The translations under genes and the position numbers were made by a program. A stretch of 64,000 nucleotides of DNA from Amoebidium appalachense. Lineage: Eukaryota > Protista > Ichthyosporea. Positions 1-13,004 of the stretch are shown here, one piece after another (position 1 is the stretch's first letter; every line of letters starts with the position of its first letter). The notes beneath the pieces are model-generated. The model did no database searches. It saw nothing but the letters and a program-made list of their open reading frames with translations, and was not told the origin of the DNA. Location of the stretch: the NCBI GenBank assembly GCA_963693365.1, contig CAVNZM010000005.1:3719716-3783715 (forward strand), read 5' to 3'.

Positions 1-187
1 CCCCCCCCCCCCCCAAACCCCCTTTTTTTTTGGGGGGGGGGGGGGGAGGGGGGGAGGACGGGGGAGGGGATGAAATTCCGAGGCATTGGAAAAGACGACA
101 AAAAAAGCACTCTGTGTCATGTTGAAGCTAAACAACCAAGTTTAAAGCATTCAAAATCTTAACGATATTTACACACGGATTTCATAG

Positions 188-2033
188 GGCCAGCTTGAGG
201 ACTACGACCCACAGGTGATGTTTGCCATCCCCCGCCTGGCCATCCTCTCGGGCCTGTCCTTCAACCCCGACACGGTCGAGGGGTACTCCATGCTTGCTCC
301 TTATGGTAACACCCTCCCTACCTTCTCCCCCCCACTCCCCCCCCCCTCCTCTCCCTCCCCCCCCCCTCCTCCCACGTTTCCCTTTTACTTATGTTGCTTA
401 TATTGTGTGTGTACCTTTTTGTGGATCCGCTATGATTTGTTGTGAATTTGTGCTTCATACCTATGTACCATATTCCATCCCTCCCCCCCCCCCCCCCTCT
501 CCCATTCTCCTCCTCCCTTCCCCCTCTCTTTCCATTCCCTTTATATTTATATCCCCTTTGCTCATGACTGAAAAAGAAGGAAAGGGAGATCACTGTCAGA
601 TGGTAGGTGCCTGGGTGCGTGTGGGGGAGAAGCGGGATATTTGGGGGGGAGAGGATGGGGGGGGGGAGGGGGGAGGAGGTTGGGAAGGGGGACTTTGCTG
701 AAAGAGATGGAACCTGTGTTGATTGTGGATACATGATACAGCCAATCAGCTTCGAGAGATCCGGGCCAAGCTGCAGCGGCTGCCAAAGTCCAAAGTCAAA
801 ATCCTCGAAAAGACTCTTGCTGACGTAGAGACATCCAGGGTGGGTCTCTTGTTTCTGTCTTTTGTTGCCTTCATCTCTGCGTTCTCTCTGGTGTTATCTG
901 CCATTCCTCCCTTCCAACCTCCCATCCCCCGACTCCCTACTCCCTCCCCCTTCCCCCCCCCCCCCCCCTCCCCCCCCCCCCCCGAACTGCCTCTTCTCCC
1001 CCTCCACTCCCCACCCTCCCTCCACCCTTCCCCCTTCCCCCATTCCCCTTTCCCCCGGGGGCGTTCCCCAACACAACATCACTCACACTATTCCGAATAA
1101 GAGGGGAGGGGGGGGGGGGGGGGGGGTAAAAGAGAAAAAGGAAAAACACGACGTATGTTATTGATTTTGGGGGGGGGGGGGGTCCTATGACTGGCGGCTG
1201 CCAGTACACAAACAACTGGCTGGTTAATTTGCTGTTGGTGTCAGACGTTGTGCACTACTAAGCACTGTTGTTGTTTAGTGTTAATCGGTGTCTGTTAGTG
1301 TTGAAGAGCGAACGTAGCCAACAGCCCCCAACCATACGTGCCTTCATTAATAGATAAACCATAATAGTCTGACCTAATTCATTGTAGTTGGTTGCAATTG
1401 GCACATATGTTGAAGGTTGGTGGCCTAATTAACCACTGTGATTCGTAGGTGTTAAAGGTGTGCTTAACTAACCACTGTGATTCGTAGGTGTTAAAGGTGT
1501 GCTTAACTAACCACTGTGATTCGTAGGTGTTAAAGGTGTGCTTAACTAACCACTGTGATTCGTAGGTCTTAAAGGTGTGCTTAACTAACCACTGTGATTC
1601 GTAGGTGTTAAAGGTGTGCTTAACTAACCACTGTGATTCGTAGGTGTTAAAGGTGTGCTTAACTAACCACTGTGATTCGTAGGTGTTAAAGGTGTGGTTA
1701 ACTAACCACTGTGATTCGTAGAAGTCTAAGGTGTGTTTGTCTAACCGCTATGATTGGTTGGTGTTTAAGGCTGGGGAGCGCACAGCCAGCATCCAGGAGC
1801 TGTTTGTTGCCATCTCGGGCATATCCGACAGTCTTCAGAGCGGCTCCAACAGCAAGGAGTACCGTGACATCATGAGGTCTGCCTTTAACACACGCCCCTT
1901 CCTCCTCCTTCCACCCATTCCGCACACTTGCAAAGCTCTATTCCTCTGCTCTATTCTTGTTTGGTTTCATACAACTTTCAATTTCTTTTACCTCCTGGTT
2001 TTTGCCCGCTCTAGCTGCTCTGTTGCTCCAGCC

Positions 2034-2074
<41 letters not shown>

Positions 2075-2314
2075 CCTCCCTGCATGGATATGGGTGCTCG
2101 CAAATGCTCATGGCCATGCACACAAGCACACACTCAGACACACACGGTCGCCTGCACGAACACACACATGCTTGCATGCTCACATGCACACGCACATGCA
2201 CATGCGTGCACACACACCCACACAAGCTCACGAACACACGTACGCGCACAGTAAGCTCACAAACACAAGCATGCATACACACTAACACACACTTACGCAC
2301 AAGGCGCGTGCGCG

Positions 2315-2379
<65 letters not shown>

Positions 2380-2852
2380 ACATATGCACCTGTGCCCACA
2401 CTCACACATGCAGGCACACGAACACATGCTGCACAAGCACATACACACCCTACCTTTCGCTTGCTGACACTGTCACCCACAGTACACTCTTCAAGATGTA
2501 CCAAGACCACCCACTTGCAGATCGGAGGGGTGGATCGGACCAATCAATCGACTCGGTGGGCAGTGCACAGGTATACCGTTTCGTTGATTGGATACGTGTC
2601 ACACATTTTAGGTAGCCATTTAGTGGAAATGACACGAGGTCGGCCGAGACACTGAGATTATAAGAGAAAGGAATTGTTTTTGGTTCAGGGTAAGGCAGCG
2701 AAAGGGAGGCGATCGGGTAGGAGCTAGTAATGCATGTCTACACACGCAATCTTCCTGCTACCTTCCCTCCCTCCCTCCCTCCCTCCCTCCCCCCCCTCCC
2801 CCCCCCCCCCCCAAAAAAAACCTCCCCTTTCTTTTTCTCCCTTAGTTCGCAC

Positions 2853-2923
<71 letters not shown>

Positions 2924-2981
2924 AAACAAACACATGAACACACAGACATACATAAACACACACACACGCACACACATGCGT

Positions 2982-3053
<72 letters not shown>

Positions 3054-4748
3054 ACCCACACACACACCCACACACACACGAACCAGCCATAGACGTGATC
3101 ACACATGGACTCACTCTTTCCTTCTCCTCGTTTTAAGATTTTTTTTGTCCCGTGCGCATCTTTCCACCTCACTCTCGGTTCCAGGTGCAGCTTTTCTCCG
3201 TCTGCCTCGTGTGGTCCGATTTTGACCACATACATTATACTCCCTGTCCCCCCCTTACCCCCCCCCCCCCCCCCCCCATACACCCCTATCCCCATCCCCC
3301 CCCCCCCCCCCATCCCCCACCCTCCACCTAACATACTCTCACATACCACAGTGCGGACAGACTGAGTGCCAAGATACAATGGACGAAAAGACATACCAAG
3401 AGTTCAAAGAGCTATCAAACACCCTCTTGCGTAAGCATCCCCCCCCCCCCCCCCCCCCCCGTTCTACCCATACATCCTCACATCCTTTCTTTCAGCCGTT
3501 CATTTCACCCGCTCTTTCTGCCTCTCTCTCAGCCCTCCTCCCCCTCCCCCCCCTCCCCCCTCCGCCCTCCCCTCACCTCCCCCCCCCCCCCCCCCAACCC
3601 TCCAATCACCCACTCCTCGTACGTTTGTTTGACAGTGGTATCTTGATTGTTCTTTTACGGTGTCGATGCCATTGCCTTCGACATTAAGACGTCTGTGACA
3701 TCTTAATAAACCTTACACTTAGCCGTTGAGTCAACTGCAAAATCTTGACTAGAATTAACCCATTTATTTTTGGCTAATGCCTGAAGTTATTAGATATTGT
3801 GATTAATGTTTGTGCCACATACAGAGAAAGGAGCCGAATCGAGACAGAGTCTTGAGCGTGTTCTCACCCTTCAGCATCAGGAAAACCCAGGCAAGTGCAC
3901 AGATAGCGACCCCCCTCCCCCCCCCACCCCCTCCCCCCTCTCCCTCCTCCTCCCTTCCTCCCTTCCTCCCCCCTCCTAATTTGTAAATAGGCTGAACTTA
4001 GATGGTTATAACGCTGCCTCTCCCCCCCCCCCCCCCCTCCTCCCCTCCCTCCCCCTTCCTCCCCCCTCCCCCTTCCCCAACACACACACAGACAAACAAA
4101 CTAGTGTTCCTGAGACCCCCCCCCCCCCCTTCCCCTCTCCTCTCCCCCCCCCCCCCCCAGAAAAAAAAACAAAAAACTCTGTGATTGCTTCGAACGCTGC
4201 TTCCCACCTCCCCCCCCCCCCCCCCCCCCCCCCCCCGGCCACCAAAAAAAAGAAAAGAAAAAGGAAGGAAGGAAAAAAACATACATGACTGAGACAGAGT
4301 ACAGCAACATGCTTTTCAAAGTATGTGTTGTGTTGTCTGTCATGAATCTTCATATTGTAGGCTTAGAAGCGCATTCGCTCCCCACTCCCCCCCTCCCCCC
4401 CCCCCCCCCACCTCCCCCTCCCCCCTCCCCCCCACCCCAAACCCCCCCCCCCCCCCGCCCCCCTCCCGACCGCCTGCCCGCGGTTCAAAGAATGGCGGCC
4501 TCTAGTAATGCGTCATCCGCCTCAGTGTGTGTGTATCTTTTACATATCTGCATTATAAGTCCCGTAGTGAACTTTTATTTCACAATGTGTAGTAAGTTCT
4601 AACCTTCCGTCTCCCTCCCATATCCCTCCCCTCCTCTCCTCCCACTCCCCCCCCCCTCTCTTCCCCCTCTCTCACACACATACAAATTCACACCCATGCC
4701 CCATCCTTGCTCCTTCTGCCCATTCCCTCTCCCCCACCGCTCTCTGAT

Positions 4749-4782
<34 letters not shown>

Positions 4783-7004
4783 AGACAAACACACACATCC
4801 CATCCCCCCCCCCTTCCCCTCCCCCCCCCCCCCACACACACACACACACACATCATAACTGCCACCACACCCACCAGGTCTCGAAGGAGTCGACTCATTC
4901 ATCGAAGGAAGCATAGTACCGGGTCCCGTCATAGCAGGCGGGTGTGAGTGGCAGAGGGGAAGAGATGTGACGTCATGCAACTACTGCAACGTGGGGTTTT
5001 CGATCCAAAAGAGAAGACACCACTGCAGGCACTGCGGGCTGATATTCTGCGCCGATTGCTCAAACAACACCGATACGATCCCTGGAATCGGGTGTGTGTT
5101 GTGGGTTTCTATTTGGGCAACCTACTTACCTCCCCCCTCCCCCCTCCCCCCGCACTTTTACTCCCCCCGCCCCCCCCTCCCCCCCCCCCCCACCCACCCA
5201 TCATCACCATCACCCAAACTCCATCCCCCCCCCCCCCCCCCCCCCCGGATCGCCCCTTTAGGTGCAGGCACACAAAACCCATCACCACCAACAACGACGT
5301 CCTATTACGCCCTCACATAACTTCTTTGAAAAGACTTAGTATCTACGAACTATTATCACGCATAATCGCTCATTGATTGAAAGAGCCTCAGCATGCCTGG
5401 GCAAGGGAGGGGGGGGGGGGGGGGGGGGGGGGGGGCAACATGAAAATTCTAACACCATGAGTTTTTTTCCGTGAGGAGGGGGAGGGGAGGGGGAGGGGGG
5501 GGGGGGGGGCAACATGAAAACCTAAACGTCATAAAATTGCACATCAGGGTCTCCGAACCGGTGCGCACATGCGACCAGTGCCACCGTCTTTTGGCTGCGG
5601 CCCGTGACACCCCCACCCAGTTCAGTCCTAGATCTGGGCGGCGCAAAAGGGCTTCAACGATTGGTTCAGTGCCAGCCAATCAAATCACGGGATCTCCAGG
5701 ACCGCAGGCGAGATCCAACCTGGGTGTCATGCAGCGGCCTTTGGGCCCAACGACTTCACCAACAACAATTAGGTGGGTGAAGGGGAGGTCTGTGGGACTT
5801 AACTCTCTCTAAACCCTGGATGATCAAAAATGGCTCTGATAATCGGACAGTGTGGCACAATAGTGGTTCCCACCCGGGGAAATGAAGGGAGGGAGGGAGA
5901 GAGGAGGGGGGGGAGAGGTGGGGGGGGGGGGGGGGGGGGGTAAAAATGATAATTGGTGCCACACACGGTGTTGTAGAGATAGGCTACGGGTGGCAAATTT
6001 TAGTCACCTTTGCTATTGTACTGTCAAACACATACCGAGAGTGACTCAGGTTTGGATTCGATTGCAATCTCAGACGGCTTGCCGGTGCACCGCCATCACC
6101 ACTGTCGCAGTCCAGGCGTGGCGTCCAATCATCTTCGAGCAGCAGCAGTCAATACAGCCATCTGATTGGTTTGGACCAGCCCCCACCGGATTCGGAAATG
6201 AGCCTGTCGGTCGGCAGGGCAACAGGACAGACCCTGGCCTTTGCACGCGCACAAAACCAGCCTGCGGCCACCCCCAGTATTTCGTGCACGTAAGCCTCCC
6301 CCCCCCCCTCCCCCCCCCCCCCATACACCACCACCACCACCACCACACACACACACGTCTTCTTCAATCAAGGGCCTCTCCCCACCTGCTCCACCGCGCC
6401 TCCTCCTCCCATGCCCTGCTACTCCCCCTCCATGTCCACACACTCGGTTCGCACAGCGTGCAAGTGACGTGCGTACACGATACAGTCTGCCAAATAATTA
6501 TTGCCTATTAATGAAGTTGTATTATGCCACGGTGACGAACATATCGGAATCCCTTGCCCTACCCCCCTCCTCTCCCACCCCCTCCCCCCCCCCCCCCGCC
6601 CCTCCCCCCCCACCCTCCACATTGCCCTTGGCAGCTCCAACACATTCAAGCCCAAGCACCCCAGTTGGAGTTACATGGTGCACATCCAGCATGTCTTGCG
6701 CACACACAAAAAAATATATGCTGGAGCACACACGATCTTGAATGTGCACACCGGGATATTAGGGCCCTCTTATTTGGTATGCAAACACAACGGTTTACTC
6801 ATACACATGCAGCAATGTTTCTAACTTGAACTTCAGACTGTGGAATCGCCGTCACTCGTAGCCTTAGCTAACTTAAAGCCGAACAAAGCTGACTAACTCG
6901 ACGACGTATTGATTAATATTTCCTCTCCCAGGTCCCCTGCGGCGATGTCAATATCCAGGCAACGTTCGAACTCTGATTCGATGAGGCGCATCTTCAACAT
7001 CTAG
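188..7004 (+). CDS. ZFYVE28: LST2/ZFYVE28-like FYVE-domain protein, 3' part (5' exons lie upstream of the window)
   Basis: Phase-consistent exons 188-305, 742-839, 1770-1876, 2483-2570, 3352-3430, 3825-3890 (GC donor), 4878-5091, 5548-5772, 6074-6289, possibly 6373-6468, and 6932-7004 (TAG). Peptides EDYDPQVMFAIPRLAILSGL, LREIRAKLQRL..KILEKTL and QELFVAISGISDSLQ..RDIMSTLF resemble conserved LST2 blocks as recalled. FYVE finger: W..D-CNYC-F-KRRHHCRHCGLIFCADCS-PVRTCDQC. Confidence 0.85.
1431..1745 (+). repeat. 39-bp intronic tandem repeat, about 7 full copies plus degenerate ones
   Basis: Unit AACCACTGTGATTCGTAGGTGTTAAAGGTGTGCTTAACT starts at 1431, 1470, 1509, 1548, 1587, 1626, 1665 and 1704 (partial). 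It ends just before the acceptor at 1769. Confidence 0.95.
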
Positions 7005-7622
7005 AAAAGGCACCAGACGGCCTCTTAAAACCGCCCTCCCTTAGATCATATGAAAATTCTACTCGTCGTCCCTGAGTTCTTCAGACCGTAAGCAAGTCAT
7101 TCGAGTCCGAGTCCCGTCAGACAATCGAATTTGACTGGCAGAGGGCTTATGCATGCAAAATCGTAACGCTGTCAGAACTTCCGCAGAGAATCGCACACAT
7201 TGCACACAGTCAGGCACCATCCACTGTGAGCAGCGTAATAATCATTATATACGTATAGATAGATGTAGTCTCACTGAATCATTCTGTTACAACACACTTG
7301 TGTTTTTAACCACCGAAAGCAGCCTACCGTATATATACGTAATACTGTAATTACCGAAGCAATACCTGACGGTCCGTGAATTCCCAAGTGTCTTATCGTA
7401 CGAGTGCATGAACAAGGGGGAAATTGGCTCATGATAATAATCTTCGGGGTAGAGCTTCACTCAGAAGGGCCGAAAAATCATGCACTGCATCCGCTTTGAG
7501 GTCCTGATTACGGTGTATCCAATACAATTTTGCACGTACTAGCTGTGTTCAAGTGTTTCCGGGACACGGTTTCCCTTGGAAGAATGACGGGCAGCCCTGG
7601 GGTGTGTGGGGGGGTGGTGTGT

Positions 7623-7669
<47 letters not shown>

Positions 7670-10218
7670 GGGGGAGGGAGGGCACGCGCCGGCGGAGGGT
7701 GGGTGGGGGGTTGGGGGGCCCGGGGAGGGTATGTAATAAGTAAATTGAGTCACTACTATCTATTGAAGTGCTACTGAGCATAGTTGTGTAACGTAAATGG
7801 GGGGCGGGTTGGTGCAATAGCAAGATCTCTGCGTATCAAGCTCCGAGTTGCAGGATCGATTCTGGTTACTTCCGATTTTTGTCTGCTCGACGGTCCACCA
7901 GTCTGGCCGCCCCCTAGAAGCCATCACCCTAGACCACGTCAAGCAGTACCGTACAATTTGTTATCATCCGGTCGCAAGACATGACGTCAAGAACAGCACC
8001 GGCCCTCAGCTGAGGCTGACGTCGACGGCGCGCGCGCCGCTTGGGCATCCCAGCCCAACGTTCAAGTGGGTCGGAGACCAATCCGAGTCACCGGCCACGG
8101 TTCGGGTCAGCGTCCTGGGCATGGGGTTTTCCCTTTCAAGTCTTTATGTTTGTGTATGTGCAGTCCCGGGTCGCTCCCGGCTGGTGTTGTTAAAGTGAGC
8201 TGTGCTCACTTCCCCACTAGCGTTGCTGCGGCTAGAACCGTGGGATAAAGGCGTAACTAAAATTAGTGCCAGTTGGGGCCGGGTCAATTAGAATCCTGAC
8301 TTAAGCTTATGAGTGTCCTATACGGCAGCGACAGACTCATCAGTCATCCTGGTCATGGCGTATACGCTCATGAACCTCGCAATTTACTATTTCAGGCCGC
8401 CCCTGTAGTACTAATATTATTATCATCTATTTGGACTCGGAAGAACTTAGGCTTTAAGCTGCCTTAGCCAGGAAAACTGAGATATCACGCGGTCCAATTA
8501 ATACGTACAGTGTACACTGTGTATATGGTCGAACAAGACGGTGTTGAGTCAGTGCCACGGACCTTATGTAGAAAGAGTGCGGACTTCCAGCAGTCCAGCG
8601 CCAGCACTTGGCACAGGCCAGACAGGCATCATGCATGAGCTTGAGCTGATAACAGTGCACGCCACTAAACTTCCGTCACATGCGGCTATAGCTAGGGCTA
8701 TTTCTTATTCCTGGGCCATCGAATGCAAATAGCTCCAGCCAATAGAAAATCGCTGCTGCCGAACCGCTCTCTGGGCCATTCGTTTTGCTCAAACCTCGGG
8801 TTCTGGCATGCAATGTTGCATATATGTGCTGTTGAGTATAAGAATAAACCATTAGCCGGACACGCATGCTTTAGAAAACATCTACTATAGGCGGCAGCCG
8901 GGTGATCTTTTGCATCTGGCTATGAGGCCAACTGTATGATAACGCGTACGCGTGCCCGGGATAAAAAGCCATGCGTTCATTAGATCTAGAAATCTAATTT
9001 ATTTCAGAGAAGTCTATTCACACGAAGTTTGAATTAGGTGCACAGCCAGAAAGCACAAGAATCGGCATGGTGCGGACGCTCTGCTTATCGTTTTGTTATG
9101 AGCTCCTTTCTCGTACATACTCCGTGTTTTGTTGTTTCTCGATTCTAGAGCACAATCAGCAAGAACACTCGCGGGCGTTCAAAAAATAAATAAAATAATC
9201 CACCGTAGCCATACAGCACTAGTACTGTAGCAGGTTTTATCAGCCCGATAACAGCAGATGCCGATAGTTCATGTCGATTTAAAAATTACAAGCGTTTAGC
9301 ATTACATTTTTTGGCTTGTTTATTACATTAATAATTTAATGAATCAATTGTTTGGATTATAGTCACGAAAAGAGAACTACTTGTGAAGGAATGTGGTTGA
9401 TTCGCACGGGTACAAACAACTTTCTCATGAATCGTCCACTGCGCATTTCGCAAAAATAACGATTCTCGAAATTTTGAGGCCCCGGGGCCGGCGTGTTTGG
9501 GAACGGGAGCACCACTTAATAATAACACTTAAAAATAGGTAACTATGTAGTATTGATATAACACTCCAAAATAATATATTTTGGCGTATAGATTCCTTGA
9601 GCCCGCCTTTAGTTTTGCTTTGTTTGTGACGAATTAGTAGCGCCTTTAGGTGCCCTAATTTTCAAAGGAAAAAGCAAACTGCTTTTTCTATCAGCATTTC
9701 CCGTGAAGTTTCACTTGACCTTGCCGTGATGAAATAGCGAAAGTTTCAGCTGCGATTCACCGCGCGCTGTCAAGCTTAAGCTGCAGAGCGCACACACACA
9801 CACGCCCACCCGACTGTCGGGCCAGTACCGGTATACCACTGACACACCACTCACTTACTCGAGGCATATAAACGTACAATACATACGCTTTGCCGAGTGC
9901 CTTGTTACTTGCACCGAGTCTTTTATAATTAGTGTTGAAGAGCTTCCTGTTACAGGCAATGTAATGTGACTTTGCCGCACCTGAGGTTGTTTTGTCACCA
10001 CAGCAGATTTGCAGTGATCACCCCGAAGTTCTTGAAGCCCGAACGTTCACCCTGGGCATGCAACCCCTAACGTTTTGCTACTTTAACTGGTAATATTCGT
10101 GTATCCGTGCAAGGCTCTTTGCTTCATCATCACGAAAACTTTTATGGTAATCAATGGAAGTGACCCTACGATGATCATTCAAAAGTGACTTATCATTCTC
10201 AGGTCACGAACGCATGCA

Positions 10219-13004
10219 ATGCGGTCATTGAGCACTCATTCAAACGAAGCATCAGCCATGGACAACACACAGCAGACTGAGTCCCAAACCCGGAGTTTCT
10301 CTCCTCACCCATACTCGGATATGACCGGGAGTCTGGCCCCCCCTGTGCATCACCAGTCAGCGCCCCCCTGCAAGGCCTCCCAAGACGCCCCCAGCGGGCT
10401 GGGATGCCCGTCAGAGTCGGCAAGGCAAGCCTTCCGCAAACCCTACAAGTCACACGTGCCCAAGTATGTGTGCCTGTGGCCGGGCTGTGTGACAGCGGAG
10501 CGGCCAGGAAAGAAGCATAACATTGAAAGGTGAGTGCCGCTGTTCATGCTAGTAGGGGCACACTGCTGTGACGTGTCCGAGCCTGAAGGCCAATCATGCG
10601 ACGATCATGACTCTGAGAATCTGAGATCCACTACCTTTTGCTAGTGGCACTGTGTCAGTATACACTGATATGTTTAGTTCTGAGGATCCGATGACTTAGT
10701 TTGAACGAAGCCTTCAATAGTTGGAGTGACTGAGTGATCTTCGATCACTGGGACTTCGGGACCTTAGAGTAACATGGCAAGCTTGGGATTGAGACTTAGT
10801 TGGTTAACGGCACCTAGTTACCTGGTGGAGAGAACTTCTTCACGGCCGCTATGGTATGAAGCGCAGGGGCCCTCTTAGTGATACGCATAGCACTCGTTTT
10901 AGGGAGATTAGTCCTGCTGAGAATCCGGGATAATATATCCACCGGGGCTACACTGTTTAAGACATTGCCATGAAGGGGAGGGGGGGGGGGGGGGGGGTCT
11001 CGGGGCGGGGGGAGGAGGGAAGAAACTCTGCCACTGGCACGGACGGTCGGCCCAGGTTTGGTTACATAGCGCCCGGTAACTTAGTTAGATGCCGGCCCGC
11101 CCCAAAATCTAAAGTAAGACTTCTGTGCAGCCAGCCATGCAAGAGCACCATCACCGTGCCGGAGTGCCGTACGGATGGCATGCAAAGTTTATTGGGTGTT
11201 CCTGTGACGGGCTCATATTATTTTGCATTCTCCACCGGGCCCGCCGGGGGTTTCCGCCTCCAGCACCGTATCACTGAAACTGCGCTAACCATTTTTTTGT
11301 TTGTTTTTTGGTTTATTTCAGGCACGTATGGCTACAGCACATGCGCAGGCCCATGCTTCAGTACCGTCAGGCATACTCGGCACGGGACCACCGCCACCTG
11401 GTGGACAAGTACACACACCCATGCAGCAAGGAGGACGTCAGGGCCTTTCTTGCAAAGACCCTCGCACGGGGACTACAGGCAGAGGAAAGTGACTCGGATG
11501 AAGAGACGGTGGCCATGAGACGGAAAACTACACCCAGCCTGAATCCGGAAATTTCACTGGAATTGGCCAATCATGCGACTGCAAATCGATCGGCAACGGC
11601 ACCATTACAACCAATGCCCATGGCCAAGGGGGGGTTTGATGTTTACGAGCGCGAAATTCGAAACGTCAGCATTAACGGTCGGAGTAATCCACGAGAACGC
11701 GAGGGGTTTTTGATGACTGAACAGTCGCAAGGTGAAAGGAGGGATGATGGACATATGGATGTATTTGTTCAGTCACTTGTTTCCAGGGGGGTCAGATGGA
11801 GACCGGCGCTCGGCCGTACGAGAGGGAGGACAGGCGGCTTAACGCGTTTGTCCAAGCCCTTGTCTCAACTGGCCGGAGTATGGATGGGTCGGACTCTGTA
11901 ACGGCGAGCAAAATCATGCAACACACGGAGGCTGCAAGGGGTTTGCCTTCAAGGACTGTTGATGGGATGCCGACAGTGCAGCGTACATACTCGGATCCGG
12001 CCACATATGCGACATATGGGTACGGGCACCCGACAGACTGCACATGCTACGAGTGCAGCCCCACGGGCCAATCAAACTGCGGGGACAGCCGTAACCCTAA
12101 CCCCCATGTCCTGGCAACGAGGACACCGAGTGACCGTGACATCTTGTTCCCGCAATATGTTTCTCGCGACACCAAGTCTGATCGGATTGGGTACCAACCA
12201 CGCGAGAATGAGTGGAAACGGGAAAAATCCCCTGGGGCTCTGTCGAACAGCCATTACGATCGGCCTTCATCCAACCCCTATTTCCGGGCTAGCCTCGAAA
12301 AGCGCCGCTGCAAATGTGCCTCGTGCCTGTCCCAATCACCGTCAGCGTCGCGGTTCTGCAAATGCAACGAGTGCCTCGACGCAAAATTTCTGCAAGAACC
12401 CCCCTCACAAGGTGCACAGTCGGTGGGCCGAACCCCAATTTCCGTGTCAATGGCATACGGCACTGGCAGCCCCTCGGGCCTATTAACTGCCAGGTACTCG
12501 GCTGGCCAGCCCCAGGGACGGCCAAATGGGACCTTAAACTTTGGAAAAAGATTTTCAGATGAATTTTCGGGGGGTTCGCAACAAGGCAGTTTGAGATCAC
12601 ACAGTGCGGTCGAATTTGGCAGCACATGTTGGGGTGCAGCCTCACAATCCCCCTATGCCAACAACGAATTTGAGGCACCTGCGGGGTCGTGGCACGGTAA
12701 TACCAGCATGACGGCTAGCCCGTCCTCCATGCGACTGCATTCAACCTGGGAAAATTTCAGCGAAATGCGTCTGGGGGGAACAGTTAGATATGGAGACGGG
12801 TACCTGCGCACAGATCAGGCCAATTACTATCCCGATATGCAGGCCCAATCCGAGTGGCAGCACGGCACGGATGTACCAGCGAGAGCAAATTCCGACGTCT
12901 CGAATGGACCATACCATGACGAAAAACGTGTTTGGGGGGGTCCTTCGGCCATTATGGCGGGGGGTCCCGATCGGACTGATATGTATCCATCATACTCGTA
13001 CTAG
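10219..13004 (+). CDS. C2H2 zinc-finger protein with long Ser/Gly-rich disordered C-terminus (putative transcription factor); frame break near 11790
   Basis: Exon 10219 (or 10258)-10529 |GTGAGT, intron with GCTAAC branch and T-rich tract, then exon from 11322. The join gives YVCLWPGCVTAERPGKKHNIERHVWLQH, a single C2H2 finger reminiscent of the CLWxxC finger of ZNF395/SLC2A4RG. Coding continues in a 402-aa ORF (11796-13004) in another frame, with CTCYEC and CKCASC/CKCNEC clusters. Confidence 0.65.

Noticed and set aside
1431-1745. CRISPR-like array
   Set aside because: Repeats are head-to-tail with no unique spacers, there are no cas genes, and the context is a eukaryotic intron.
8193-8220. 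Helitron 3' end (hairpin AAGTGAGC-TGT-GCTCACTT followed by CTAG)
   Set aside because: The spacing is short, CTAG is followed by C rather than T, and no 5' end or second copy was found.
10790-10870. tRNA or tRNA-derived SINE (TTAGTTGGTTAACGGCAC resembles a D-arm/A box)
   Set aside because: No T-arm/B box (GTTCRA) or acceptor stem.
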